Assembly: GCA_041559855.1 (NCBI GenBank)
Contig: JBFFCR010000002.1
Span: 1-41,935 of the forward strand
Origin: Anaerolineae bacterium
GTDB taxonomy: Bacteria > Chloroflexota > Anaerolineae > JAAYZQ01
Reading direction: 5' to 3'
Length of the DNA stretch: 41,935 bases
Position numbers and translations under genes: made by a program. How positions within the stretch are numbered: the stretch's first letter is position 1; every line of letters starts with the position of its first letter. Below, piece after piece: positions 26,150-34,932 of this stretch. The notes under the pieces are model-generated. The model was not told the origin of the DNA, made no database searches, and was given only the letters and a program-made list of their open reading frames with translations.

Positions 26150-27520
26150 ATGAGCCAATGCAAGAACATCCTGATCGTGGTTTTCGACTGTCTGAGGCCC
26201 GATCATCTGTCCAACCTGGGCTATCACGGTACACACACGCCTACCTTTGACCGGTTTGCCAGCGAAGGCACGCTGTTTACCAATGCATATTGCCAGGCAC
26301 CCAACACCTGGATCTCGCACGCCAGTCTGTTCACGGGATGCAATCCTTACGTACATGGCGTGAGGACACCCACGAGGAAGCTGTCGCAGGACCTCAGGGT
26401 GATGGCCGAGGTATTCCGCGAGGCCGGGTACGCTACTTTCGGACTCCCCGCGATGTCGCTGTTGAGCCCCGAAGCCGGTTTCGCGCGAGGGTTTGACGAG
26501 TATATCCTCGATGGCCTGCGCAGCGAGCCCGGGGTCCTGGCACATCGCTACGATCGCACCGCTGACGAGACCCTGGCTCGAACCAGAGACTGGATCCGCA
26601 GAGTCTCCCCGCCCTTCTTTGGGTGGATACATTACTTTGGCACCCACAAAGTCGAGGACCATCTCTTCGATCTGCCCGAGGACTTTCGGCGCAGCCACTC
26701 GCCCTACGCACAATACTACGATGGCAAGGTCTCCTTCGCCGATCAGCGATTCCTATCACCTCTGGTGGACGAGCTGTCCGCACTGGGTCTACTGGAGGAC
26801 ACGATTGTGGTGCTATGGAGCGACCATGGCGAAGACTTGCACGCCATAGAGCATGGCCGCAACTGGGGGCACAATTGGGGGCTCACCGAGGAAGTCATGC
26901 GGACCGTACTCATCATGAGGGGCCCGGGACTATCGGCCGATAGGCACGAGGGCCTTGCCAGAAGCATCGACATCTTTCCCACCCTTGTTGACCTTGTTGG
27001 CCTTCGTCCGCTTCCCCAGTTCGAGGGCAGGTCGTTGGTCCGAGATAGTCTCACGCCCGAAGATGCAGTCTACATGGAGAATCTGTGCCAAGGGTTCGCA
27101 GCTATACGCAGAGGAAGATACAAGCTGGTGCTCGCAGAGCGCAGCCCGACGGAGGAAGGAAGCTGGAGGTGGAAGGCGTCCCTTGTGCGCAAGACCGTGA
27201 GGCAGGTGATGCCAGCGGGCGTGAAGAGACTGCGCCACAGGCTGCGCCGCACGGACGTCTCGATCTGGTGTAGCACAGAGGGTGAGCCCGAGGAGGTGAT
27301 GCAGAGACTCCTTGAGCGTGGCATCACCAGCCTGTACGATCTCGAAGCCGATCCGGACGAGCGCTATGACCTGGCCGCCACCAAGCCAACGCTGGTCGGG
27401 GAGTTGCGGCAATGTTTGACCGAAATCATAGAACGCACGGCGCACAGCACCGAGATGAGCATGAGTGATGAGGACCGTGAGCAAATCGAGGAGCGTCTCA
27501 GGGGTCTTGGCTATCTCTAA
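26150..27520 (+). CDS. Sulfatase-fold (alkaline-phosphatase superfamily) protein that lacks the C/S-x-P-x-R formylglycine motif
   Basis: 456 aa with no signal peptide or TM helix. The metal-site motifs are NILIVVFDCLRPDHL and VVLWSDHGEDL, and SIDIFPTLVDLVGL is also present. Where CxPSRxSLLTG is expected, the sequence reads NTWISHASLFTG (Thr53, nt 26306-26308). Confidence 0.85.
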   Translation: MSQCKNILIVVFDCLRPDHLSNLGYHGTHTPTFDRFASEGTLFTNAYCQAPNTWISHASLFTGCNPYVHGVRTPTRKLSQDLRVMAEVFREAGYATFGLPAMSLLSPEAGFARGFDEYILDGLRSEPGVLAHRYDRTADETLARTRDWIRRVSPPFFGWIHYFGTHKVEDHLFDLPEDFRRSHSPYAQYYDGKVSFADQRFLSPLVDELSALGLLEDTIVVLWSDHGEDLHAIEHGRNWGHNWGLTEEVMRTVLIMRGPGLSADRHEGLARSIDIFPTLVDLVGLRPLPQFEGRSLVRDSLTPEDAVYMENLCQGFAAIRRGRYKLVLAERSPTEEGSWRWKASLVRKTVRQVMPAGVKRLRHRLRRTDVSIWCSTEGEPEEVMQRLLERGITSLYDLEADPDERYDLAATKPTLVGELRQCLTEIIERTAHSTEMSMSDEDREQIEERLRGLGYL

Positions 27521-27596
27521 TATGACAAGTGCAACAATACAGGCACAGCTCGGCTACAGTGCCAGAAGTTCAGATGTTTGAACAAGGAGCTCGACA

Positions 27597-28262
27597 GTGA
27601 GAATCTCTCATGGATACCATTTCGTATTCCTGGCCTATCCCAGAACGGCAAGCAAGTCAGTTCGAGCGCTGCTTGATCCCTACTCGGACATCCAGGGCGT
27701 GCACCCCACAAGAACCGGGCGCAAGCACCCGTTCGCACAACATATGACTGCCAAGGAAGCGAAAGCCATCTTTGATCAGAACGGGTGGGACTGGTTCAGC
27801 TACCGGCGCTTTTGCTTCGTCCGGAATCCCTATACGCGGGTTGTTTCTCTGTACCATCACCACCGAAGCATGCGGACGCGGAGAGCCCCAGGCTTCGCTC
27901 CCATACCCAGGATCAAAGCACTCGTAAAGTACCGGCTGGAGCGTCCAAAGTCATTCAAAGAGTATGTCCTCACCCTTGAAAAGCATCAAGGCATGACCAT
28001 GCCACTCTATGACTTTATCCACGACGATGCTGGGATCTGCCTAGTAGACGATGTGCTCAAGTTTGAGGAGCTGACGGACGAGCTCCCGGGCTACCTGAGC
28101 CAACTGGGGATACAGATCCGACACGAGGACATTCCTATGGTTGGGTCGTCAGACATCCGGGAGTACAAGAGCTTCTACGATTCGGAGACTCGGGGCTTTG
28201 TCCAGAGCTTCTATCGGTACGAACTCGACCGATTCGGATATAGCTTCGAGGACATGAACTAG
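27597..28262 (+). CDS. Putative sulfotransferase (family-2-like)
   Basis: 221 aa. The GTG start has an AAGGAG RBS 7 nt upstream. The N-terminal HFVFLAYPRTASKSVRALL resembles the P-K/R-T-x-S/T PAPS loop of Sulfotransfer_2-type enzymes. Also contains FCFVRNPYTRVVSLYHH (3'-PB-like, RNP...S). The assignment is moderately confident. Confidence 0.65.
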   Translation: MRISHGYHFVFLAYPRTASKSVRALLDPYSDIQGVHPTRTGRKHPFAQHMTAKEAKAIFDQNGWDWFSYRRFCFVRNPYTRVVSLYHHHRSMRTRRAPGFAPIPRIKALVKYRLERPKSFKEYVLTLEKHQGMTMPLYDFIHDDAGICLVDDVLKFEELTDELPGYLSQLGIQIRHEDIPMVGSSDIREYKSFYDSETRGFVQSFYRYELDRFGYSFEDMN

Positions 28263-28311
28263 CTTAGCCAGCGCTTGCGACGACAGGCGACGGCTTTGGC
28301 AAGGAGAGAGC

Positions 28312-29145
28312 GTGATCGACATACTGGAGAGACGGCAGCGCGAGGCAGTACGCTGGTTCCACAGTCTGAGCGTGAACCGCGCGCGGGCCAGTCACCCGGG
28401 TCCCCGGGTGGTAGCCAACAGCATACCAAAGGCGGGCACGCACCTTCTTACTCGTTGCCTCCACCTGTTCCCCGACATCGAGGACTCGGGCTTGCGCATC
28501 CGGGGTCGCGTAAGGTACAAGGCCCTCAAGAAGCGCCTGAATCAGGTTGGCGGAGGATGCTTCATACCCTTGCATCTCTTCTTCACACCCCGGAGAGAGC
28601 AGCTTCTCACCGACTTGGCCTTCGCCATGGTTCTGATCACGCGCGATCCGCGGGACATTGCCACCTCCCACTTCCATTACGTCGCGCATGGGGCTCGGCT
28701 CCATCAGCTTCGAGGCTACTACCAAGCCCTTCCCGATGATTCCGCCAGACTCATGACCTCCATTCAGGGCATTCCCCAATCTGAATGGCGAGATCGTGTA
28801 CGCCTGTCGGACATCAACCGCAGATGCCGCGCTTTCCTGGACTGGGCGGATCGTGGTGCCTGCGTTGTGCAGTTCGAAAAGCTAGTCGGACCGCTGGGCG
28901 GCGGGACGCAGGAGGAGCAGCGTGGCGAGATTAGTAAGGTAGCCAGGCATCTAAACCTGGAGCTGGACCCTGCAACACTGAACCACATTGCCTCCAACGT
29001 GTATTCTCGCAAAACCTCAACCTTCCGCAAGGGCACTATCGGCGATTGGGCAAATCACATGGCGCCAGAGCACAAGGCAGCCTTCAATGAGGTCGCGGGC
29101 CAGCTCTTGATCGACCTCGGGTATGAAGCGGATGATAACTGGTAG
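28312..29145 (+). CDS. Sulfotransferase (PKxGT-type, Sulfotransfer_1-like)
   Basis: 277 aa. The GTG start has an AAGGAGAG RBS. The 5'-PSB motif is ANSIPKAGTHLLTRCL and the 3'-PB motif is VLITRDPRDIATSHFHY. Confidence 0.8.
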   Translation: MIDILERRQREAVRWFHSLSVNRARASHPGPRVVANSIPKAGTHLLTRCLHLFPDIEDSGLRIRGRVRYKALKKRLNQVGGGCFIPLHLFFTPRREQLLTDLAFAMVLITRDPRDIATSHFHYVAHGARLHQLRGYYQALPDDSARLMTSIQGIPQSEWRDRVRLSDINRRCRAFLDWADRGACVVQFEKLVGPLGGGTQEEQRGEISKVARHLNLELDPATLNHIASNVYSRKTSTFRKGTIGDWANHMAPEHKAAFNEVAGQLLIDLGYEADDNW

Positions 29146-29208
29146 ACGAACCGGGCATGCCGTTGCTGGCTCGCGACGCCAGGGCGCAGGTCATTGGGAA
29201 GGCGCACC

Positions 29209-30501
29209 GTGAACATCCTGCAGATCAGTTCAGCTGCCGACTCGGGCGGCGCGGGCGTTGCGATGGCACGCCTGCACCGCGCCTTGAATCGCCAGGGACA
29301 CCACTCGCACACAGTGGCTCGGCTCCGGAGGACGCCCCAACCCGGCGTGCTGACCCTCCCCGAGGCCTTGAGCGCAGGGCAGTCGCTCGTGCATCGCTCA
29401 ATCAACAATGCACGCATGCAACTCGATGCTTGGTTCAGCCTCCCTCGGGTGTACCGGTCGACCGAGCAGCTCCTCCACACAGCACTATTCAAGAAAGCTG
29501 ACGTCGTCCAGTTGCACAACCTGCACGGCTTCTACTTTAACTATGATTTGCTGCCCAAGATCTCCAGACTCAAGCCAGTCGTCTGGACATTGCATGACAT
29601 GTGGGCCCTGACGGGGCACTGTGCCTATTCCTACGATTGCGAGCGCTGGCAGACAGGCTGCTTCAGTTGCCCCCTCTTGCGCGGCAAAGGCCGCCAGCTG
29701 GTCGAGCCCAGGCCAACCCTGCTTGACCGCACAGCCATGCGGTGGCAGAAGAAGAAAGACCTCTACAGGAACAGCAAACTGCACATCGTGACGCCCTCGC
29801 TGTGGCTTGCCGGAAAGGTCCAGAGGAGCACGCTTGCTGGTGCCCTGAGCATCCAATGCATTCCCAATGGCGTTGACCTGTCGGTGTTCTGTCCCACGGA
29901 CCAAGCATCCGCGCGCGAGACCCTGGGAGTTCCACACGGGGCAAAGGTGCTCCTATTCGTCGCTGCCAAGGTCACCCAGGGCCGGAAAGGACTGGCTTAC
30001 CTATACAAAGCCCTTCATCTCCTCCGACAGACCAAGGAACTCGTCGTTTTGACCGTTGGCAGTGCGGGGCGCGACCTTGACGAGATCCCAGGCTATGAGC
30101 AGATCCACCTAGGGCAGCTGACCGAAGAGAGGCGGATCAACCTGGCGTATTGCGCTGCAGATCTGTATGTGCTGCCCACGCTGGCGGACAACCAGCCACT
30201 GACTGCCGTCGAGTCACTCGCGAGCGGCACGCCTGTCGTCTGCTTCGACGTCGGCGGCCTGCCCGAGACGGTGCAACATATGCGCACCGGATACCTGGCC
30301 CGTTGCGGGGACGCGGCCGATCTGGCAACCGGAATGCGCATGCTGCTGGAGGACGACGGCCTCCGGGCGCGGATGCGCAGCAACTCCAGGGACTTTGCGC
30401 TAGCTCATTACGCCCTTGAGGAACAGGCCAATCGTTATGTCGAGATCTACGAACATGCGGTCCACACTCAGCGGCGACTCGCAGAGGGTTCGGACCTATG
30501 A
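29209..30501 (+). CDS. Glycosyltransferase, GT-B fold (GT4-like)
   Basis: Contains VNILQISSAADSGGAGVAMARLH and the C-terminal EX7E-type region LYVLPTLADNQPLTAVESLASGTPVVCFDVGGLPETV. The track ORF begins at TTG 29194. The GTG at 29209 follows GGGAAGG and gives the usual N-terminus. Confidence 0.85.
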   Translation: MNILQISSAADSGGAGVAMARLHRALNRQGHHSHTVARLRRTPQPGVLTLPEALSAGQSLVHRSINNARMQLDAWFSLPRVYRSTEQLLHTALFKKADVVQLHNLHGFYFNYDLLPKISRLKPVVWTLHDMWALTGHCAYSYDCERWQTGCFSCPLLRGKGRQLVEPRPTLLDRTAMRWQKKKDLYRNSKLHIVTPSLWLAGKVQRSTLAGALSIQCIPNGVDLSVFCPTDQASARETLGVPHGAKVLLFVAAKVTQGRKGLAYLYKALHLLRQTKELVVLTVGSAGRDLDEIPGYEQIHLGQLTEERRINLAYCAADLYVLPTLADNQPLTAVESLASGTPVVCFDVGGLPETVQHMRTGYLARCGDAADLATGMRMLLEDDGLRARMRSNSRDFALAHYALEEQANRYVEIYEHAVHTQRRLAEGSDL

Positions 30502-31448
30502 AAGGCAAACCGCTGGTCTCTATCGTCACGCCATCGTTCAATCAGGGCCGTTTCCTCCGGGAAACCATCGAGTCGGTCCTGGCACAGACCTACGAGCCAA
30601 TTGAGTACCTTGTGATCGACGGCGGCTCTGACGACAATAGCGTCGAGATCATCCACAGTTACGCCGACCGCCTGGCCTACTCAGTTTCCGAGCCCGATCG
30701 AGGCCAGTCCCACGCCATCAACAAGGGGCTCCGGCGGTGCACGGGATCCATCATCGGATGGCTCAACTCAGACGATACTCTGATGCCTGACACAGTGGCT
30801 CGAGTCGTTCAAGCCATGCAGGAACCTCCCATGGTTGTCCATGGCAGTGTTCGTCTCATCGATGCTGAAGGCAAAATCGTCGCCCGACCAAAACTGGCCA
30901 AGCGCAACCAGGAGTTTGGCCTCCAGACCATCGTTGGCGAAGGTCTCGTGAACCAGCCCGGTGCCTTTTGGAACCGCGCCGCAATGGACTGTGCCGGCGT
31001 CCTAAACGAAGGCCTGAACTACATCATGGATTATGAGCTGTGGGTTCGTATGGCCTTGCGTGGTGTCCAGTTCAGACGTCTTGCAGACCCGCCTTTCGCC
31101 ACATACCGGCTGACCAGCGACACCAAGACCGTGGGCGCACTGTTCAAGGTAGGGCTGGAGAAGCTCGCTGTACTTGACCAGCTTCTGTCCGATCCCGAAC
31201 TGCCGCGAAAGACTGGCCTTTCGCCGGCAGAGCTCGAGCGCCAGGCAAATCGGGCGCGCGCCCTCGCCAGCCTGAAAGTGGCCCGAGGCTATGCACGCCT
31301 GCCAGAGCGGCGCCCTGAGGCGTTGCGCTGGCTGGCTCGGGCCGCCTGGTTGTGGCCGCCCTGCTTGCTGCTGGCACCCGAGCAACTTGCCAAGCGCCTG
31401 TGGGTGGGCCTGCGTACCCGTCTCGGCGCCGAACCGCCCACCTGGTAG
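30498..31448 (+). CDS. Glycosyltransferase family 2
   Basis: 316 aa. Contains VSIVTPSFNQGRFLRETIESVLAQTY, YLVIDGGSDDNS and WLNSDD (DxD). Its ATG overlaps the upstream stop (ATGA, 4-nt overlap). Confidence 0.9.
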   Translation: MKGKPLVSIVTPSFNQGRFLRETIESVLAQTYEPIEYLVIDGGSDDNSVEIIHSYADRLAYSVSEPDRGQSHAINKGLRRCTGSIIGWLNSDDTLMPDTVARVVQAMQEPPMVVHGSVRLIDAEGKIVARPKLAKRNQEFGLQTIVGEGLVNQPGAFWNRAAMDCAGVLNEGLNYIMDYELWVRMALRGVQFRRLADPPFATYRLTSDTKTVGALFKVGLEKLAVLDQLLSDPELPRKTGLSPAELERQANRARALASLKVARGYARLPERRPEALRWLARAAWLWPPCLLLAPEQLAKRLWVGLRTRLGAEPPTW

Positions 31449-31486
31449 TTCGGATGACAACTGGTGCACAGGAGAAGTAGACAATA

Positions 31487-32452
31487 ATGCTCCCTTCCGA
31501 GGCTCGCCCGATCTTTATCGTCGGAGTACACAGATCCGGCACCACCCTTCTGCGCTACATGCTCAGCAGCCACTCGCGGATCTACATCCCGCCCGAGTCC
31601 GACTTTATCCCTTACTTCTTTCTGCGCGATCCGATTGGCGAGCTGAGCGACGAACAAATAGCGCGCATGCTGCGCATTGTGTTTGAGCGCTACCGCTTTG
31701 CCAAGGAATGGCAGGGCAACCCGCCTGCCTTGGAACAATTCATCGCCTCTCTTTCCGGACGCACGCCTGCAGCTTTCCTCGACGCACTGTATGGTGCGTA
31801 CGCGAGACAATACGGTGCAGAACGTTGGGGCGACAAGACGCCAATCTATGCTAGCTACCTTACTCTCCTTCACCGTATATTTCCTAATGCCCAGTTTCTG
31901 CATATCATCCGGGACGGGCGCGATGCCGCACTCTCGATGCTGGACAAGTACGAACGCGAGGAATTCCACGTAGATGTCTTTTTCGCTGCCCGCAACTGGG
32001 TGCGGCGTATTCGTCGGGCTCAGCGTGCAGGTTCGCGGCTCGGGCCGGACCTTTACTATGAACTGCGCTACGAGCGCCTCATTCAAGACCCCGAGGGAGA
32101 GCTTTGCGCCGTATGCGAGTTCCTCGGCGAAACCTTCGAGCCTGGTATGCTCGAATACCACCAGGTGGCCCGCGAGCGCATCGCAACCGACAGTCACTTC
32201 TTCTCCAACGTCCGAAACCCGCCAAGTCACAAGCGAGTTGGCCGCTGGCAGTCCGAAATGCCCGTGAAGGACCAGCGGCTGGTCCAGTTCGTAGCGGGCA
32301 AATTGCTCACCGAGCTCGGTTACCCGATGGTCGATCTCGGAACGATGTCAGCCCTAGAAGTGGTGCGGATGGCGCTGTTGGCGTCCAAGTACGCCATCCT
32401 GCAGGTAGGCCGCCGCGTGCTTCAGGTAGCCGGCTTGTTCCCGCCGATCTAG
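31487..32452 (+). CDS. Sulfotransferase (RSGTT-type), paralogue of the 25145-26095 gene
   Basis: 321 aa. Contains PIFIVGVHRSGTTLLRYML, WGDKTPIY, FLHIIRDGRDAALS and YERLIQDPEGEL. Confidence 0.85.
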   Translation: MLPSEARPIFIVGVHRSGTTLLRYMLSSHSRIYIPPESDFIPYFFLRDPIGELSDEQIARMLRIVFERYRFAKEWQGNPPALEQFIASLSGRTPAAFLDALYGAYARQYGAERWGDKTPIYASYLTLLHRIFPNAQFLHIIRDGRDAALSMLDKYEREEFHVDVFFAARNWVRRIRRAQRAGSRLGPDLYYELRYERLIQDPEGELCAVCEFLGETFEPGMLEYHQVARERIATDSHFFSNVRNPPSHKRVGRWQSEMPVKDQRLVQFVAGKLLTELGYPMVDLGTMSALEVVRMALLASKYAILQVGRRVLQVAGLFPPI

Positions 32453-32464
32453 AGGACTTGCCCA

Positions 32465-33661
32465 ATGCGAATTCTCTGTCTCACGTCTCGACTGCCGTAC
32501 CCGCCCGATCGAGGTGACCGGCTCCGGGCCTTTCATTTCATCGAGCACCTTTCTCAAGAGCACGAACTTGGCCTGGCCTCGTTCATTGCCAGCGAATCGG
32601 AGCGAGACCATCTGCCTGCCCTGAGGGCCTACTGCCGCGATGTGCAGGTGCTGCCCATGAGCCCCCGGCGCTCGGCACTGGGCGCCGCACTGAACGTCTG
32701 GCGGAGGGAGCCCCTCCAGACTTTGTACTATCGCCTCGGGGCCATGCAGCGCATGGTCGACAGCATGATCGCCACGTCCAGTTGTCAGGCCGTCTACGTC
32801 CATCTCTTTCGCATGGCGCCCTACGTCGCCAATCACAGGCAACTCTACCGGATCGCGGACCTCACTGATGTCATCTCCAGGGAGATCGACCTGTCGCTCC
32901 CATTTCGTGGACTTGGATCCCGCGCCGTCTATCGACTTGAAAAGGACCGAATCGCCCGATACGAGCGGTGGATCGCGCAGAGCTTTGAAGAGACCTGGCT
33001 GATCTCGGAATCGGATCGGCTGGCGCTGGCCCGAGAGTGCCCTGGGGCCAACATCAGGCTGGTGCCGAACGGCGTTGACCTGGAGCAGTTTCATCCCACT
33101 GGTGAACCGGCTGTGCCCCACAGTTTGATCTTTGTCGGCCACCTGCGCGTGCTGCATAACATCGATGCTGCAACCTACCTGGCCCGGGAGGTCTTGCCCC
33201 TCGTTCAGAAAGAGATAGGCGACTGCAAACTCAGCATCGTGGGAGCAGATCCCGCTCCCCAGATCCGGCGCCTGGCCGAGGAACCTGCTATCACAGTGAC
33301 CGGTTTCGTACCCGATCTGAATGCGCATCTCAACCGGTCCGCTGTCTTTGTCGCGCCCTTGCGCTTTGCCGCCGGCATCCAGAACAAGGTCCTGGAAGCA
33401 ATGGCAGCAGGCAAGCCGGTGGTCACGACCTCCCTGATCAATGATGGGCTCGGCGCCGAGCCGGGCCGCCAGATACTTGTGGCCGACGACGCCCAGGCGA
33501 TCGCCCGCCAGATCACAAGATTGCTGGCCGACCCGGCATTGAGGGAACGGATCGGCAGCGCCGGCCGTCAGTTCGTGGAGCAGCGCTACAGCTGGGGGCA
33601 CGCACTTGAGCGGATGCGGACCATTGAGGAGCTCTTGAAGCAACCCCTCGACCCTACCTGA
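32465..33661 (+). CDS. Glycosyltransferase, GT-B fold (GT4-like)
   Basis: 398 aa. Contains MRILCLTSRLPYPPDRGDRLRAFHFIEHL and the C-terminal FVAPLRFAAGIQNKVLEAMAAGKPVVTT. Confidence 0.85.
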   Translation: MRILCLTSRLPYPPDRGDRLRAFHFIEHLSQEHELGLASFIASESERDHLPALRAYCRDVQVLPMSPRRSALGAALNVWRREPLQTLYYRLGAMQRMVDSMIATSSCQAVYVHLFRMAPYVANHRQLYRIADLTDVISREIDLSLPFRGLGSRAVYRLEKDRIARYERWIAQSFEETWLISESDRLALARECPGANIRLVPNGVDLEQFHPTGEPAVPHSLIFVGHLRVLHNIDAATYLAREVLPLVQKEIGDCKLSIVGADPAPQIRRLAEEPAITVTGFVPDLNAHLNRSAVFVAPLRFAAGIQNKVLEAMAAGKPVVTTSLINDGLGAEPGRQILVADDAQAIARQITRLLADPALRERIGSAGRQFVEQRYSWGHALERMRTIEELLKQPLDPT

Positions 33662-33745
33662 GCCAGTGCGCTGCCTGCGACCCAGATTTGCGCCTGGCGT
33701 TGCAGGGTCGCAAGCACCGCTCAGGCTTCCCATCTGGCTGGAATG

Positions 33746-33754
33746 TGCTATAAT
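33746..33754 (+). promoter_or_regulatory. Candidate internal promoter with an extended -10 (TGcTATAAT) upstream of the SDR/Wzy-fusion/WecA/dehydrogenase genes
   Basis: TATAAT is at 33749-33754 with TG at 33746-33747. It sits inside the only sizeable intergenic gap (216 nt) of the plus-strand block. It shares the 9-mer TGCTATAAT with the 20018-20026 element. The -35 is poor. Confidence 0.35.
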
Positions 33755-33877
33755 AGCCCACACTGAGGCGGCTAGGCCGAGCTGGTCGTGCCGCCAACGG
33801 AGAGCTGGTCCATTGATTGGATTGACCGCCCTCCGGACCATCGAAAAGGCAAAGAGAGCGGCAACGGGTATGGTACA

Positions 33878-34858
33878 ATGAGAATTCTCGTTACGGGTGG
33901 GGCAGGCTATATCGGATCCAACCTCGTAGATGCCTTGCTGTCTGGCGGTCACAGCGTAGCTGTCGTGGACAACCTCTCCACCGGCAGGATCGCCAACATA
34001 CAGCACCTGCTCGGCCATGAGCGCTTTCGCTTTGTCAATGACACCATCCTCAACGAACCACTGATCGACCGCCTGATTGCAGACGTCGACCAGGTATATC
34101 ACCTGGCTGCAGTGGTAGGGGTCAAGTACGTCCTTAGCGACCCCCTCCAAGGCATCAAAACCAATATCGCCGGAACGGAACTCGTTCTCCACCATGCTCG
34201 CAGGCATTGGAAGCGAACCGTCGTCGCATCAAGCTCAGAGGTATATGGCAAGAACCCCAACCTGCCCTGGTCAGAAGAGGACGACTGCCTACTGGGTTCC
34301 ACAGACGTCAGGCGATGGTCCTACGCCTTGTCCAAGGCCATTGACGAGCACTGCGCCCTAGCGCACGCGCGAGATGGACTTCCTGTGTCCGTCGTGCGGT
34401 ACTTTAACTCCTACGGTCCTCGTCTCAATGCAAGCGGCTATGGCAGCGTCGTAGCCAGATTCATCAGTCAGGCACTGGCGGGCCAGCCGATAACAGTATA
34501 TGGCGATGGGTTACAGACTCGCTGTTTCACCTACGTAACGGACACAGTGCGCGGCACCATGCTGGCGGCGACCGTGCCCGAGGCCACCGGCAAGGTATTC
34601 AACATCGGCGCCGACGGGGAGATCACCATCGCCGCTCTGGCCGAGTTGGTGCGCGCCCTGGCGGGCTCCGACTCTGCCATCGTCAATGTCCCCGTCGAGG
34701 ACGTCTTCGGCGAGCGCTTTGAGGAAACGCGACGCCGAGTGCCGGACGTACGACGGGCAGCCGACGTGCTTGGTTTCCGGGCCGCCACGCCGCTTGAGGA
34801 CGGACTGCGAGCCACCATCGATTGGTTCCGGCAAACTGGGTCCGCCGCTGGCGGATAG
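33878..34858 (+). CDS. NAD-dependent epimerase/dehydratase (extended SDR; UDP-glucuronate decarboxylase/UXS-like)
   Basis: Contains MRILVTGGAGYIGSNLV (Rossmann fold), SSSEVYG, YALSKAIDE (YxxxK) and FNSYGPRL...ARFISQALAGQPITVYGDGLQTRCFTYVTD. The track ORF starts at GTG 33788. ATG 33878 gives the canonical N-terminus. Confidence 0.88.
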   Translation: MRILVTGGAGYIGSNLVDALLSGGHSVAVVDNLSTGRIANIQHLLGHERFRFVNDTILNEPLIDRLIADVDQVYHLAAVVGVKYVLSDPLQGIKTNIAGTELVLHHARRHWKRTVVASSSEVYGKNPNLPWSEEDDCLLGSTDVRRWSYALSKAIDEHCALAHARDGLPVSVVRYFNSYGPRLNASGYGSVVARFISQALAGQPITVYGDGLQTRCFTYVTDTVRGTMLAATVPEATGKVFNIGADGEITIAALAELVRALAGSDSAIVNVPVEDVFGERFEETRRRVPDVRRAADVLGFRAATPLEDGLRATIDWFRQTGSAAGG

Positions 34859-34932
34859 AGACTAGTACGCACTCATACAAGCTGGACAGCGTGTGGACGG
34901 GATGCACTATGCGCTGAACAGGGGAAGGTTTC

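Noticed and set aside
25325-27484. Minus-strand ORFs 25325-25876, 25904-26713, 26433-26783, 26743-27054 and 26930-27484
   Set aside because: They are antisense to the sulfotransferase and sulfatase-fold genes. They have no motifs and an Arg/Gly/Pro-rich composition.
31289-32230. 313-aa minus-strand ORF
   Set aside because: It is antisense to the GT2 3' end and to the sulfotransferase at 31487-32452, which carries the PAPS-loop motifs.
33874-33879. TGgTACAAT-like -10 element immediately before the SDR start
   Set aside because: The hexamer overlaps the ATG (33878), so a transcript starting 7 nt downstream would lack the start codon. This is most likely chance.
32354-34207. 617-aa minus-strand ORF, the third-longest in the track
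   Set aside because: It is antisense to the GT4 (32465-33661) and SDR (33878-34858) genes, both of which have clear family motifs. It also runs straight through the intergenic promoter region. Its composition is Gly/Arg/Pro/Ala-biased with no recognisable domain. This is the typical shadow ORF of high-GC DNA.
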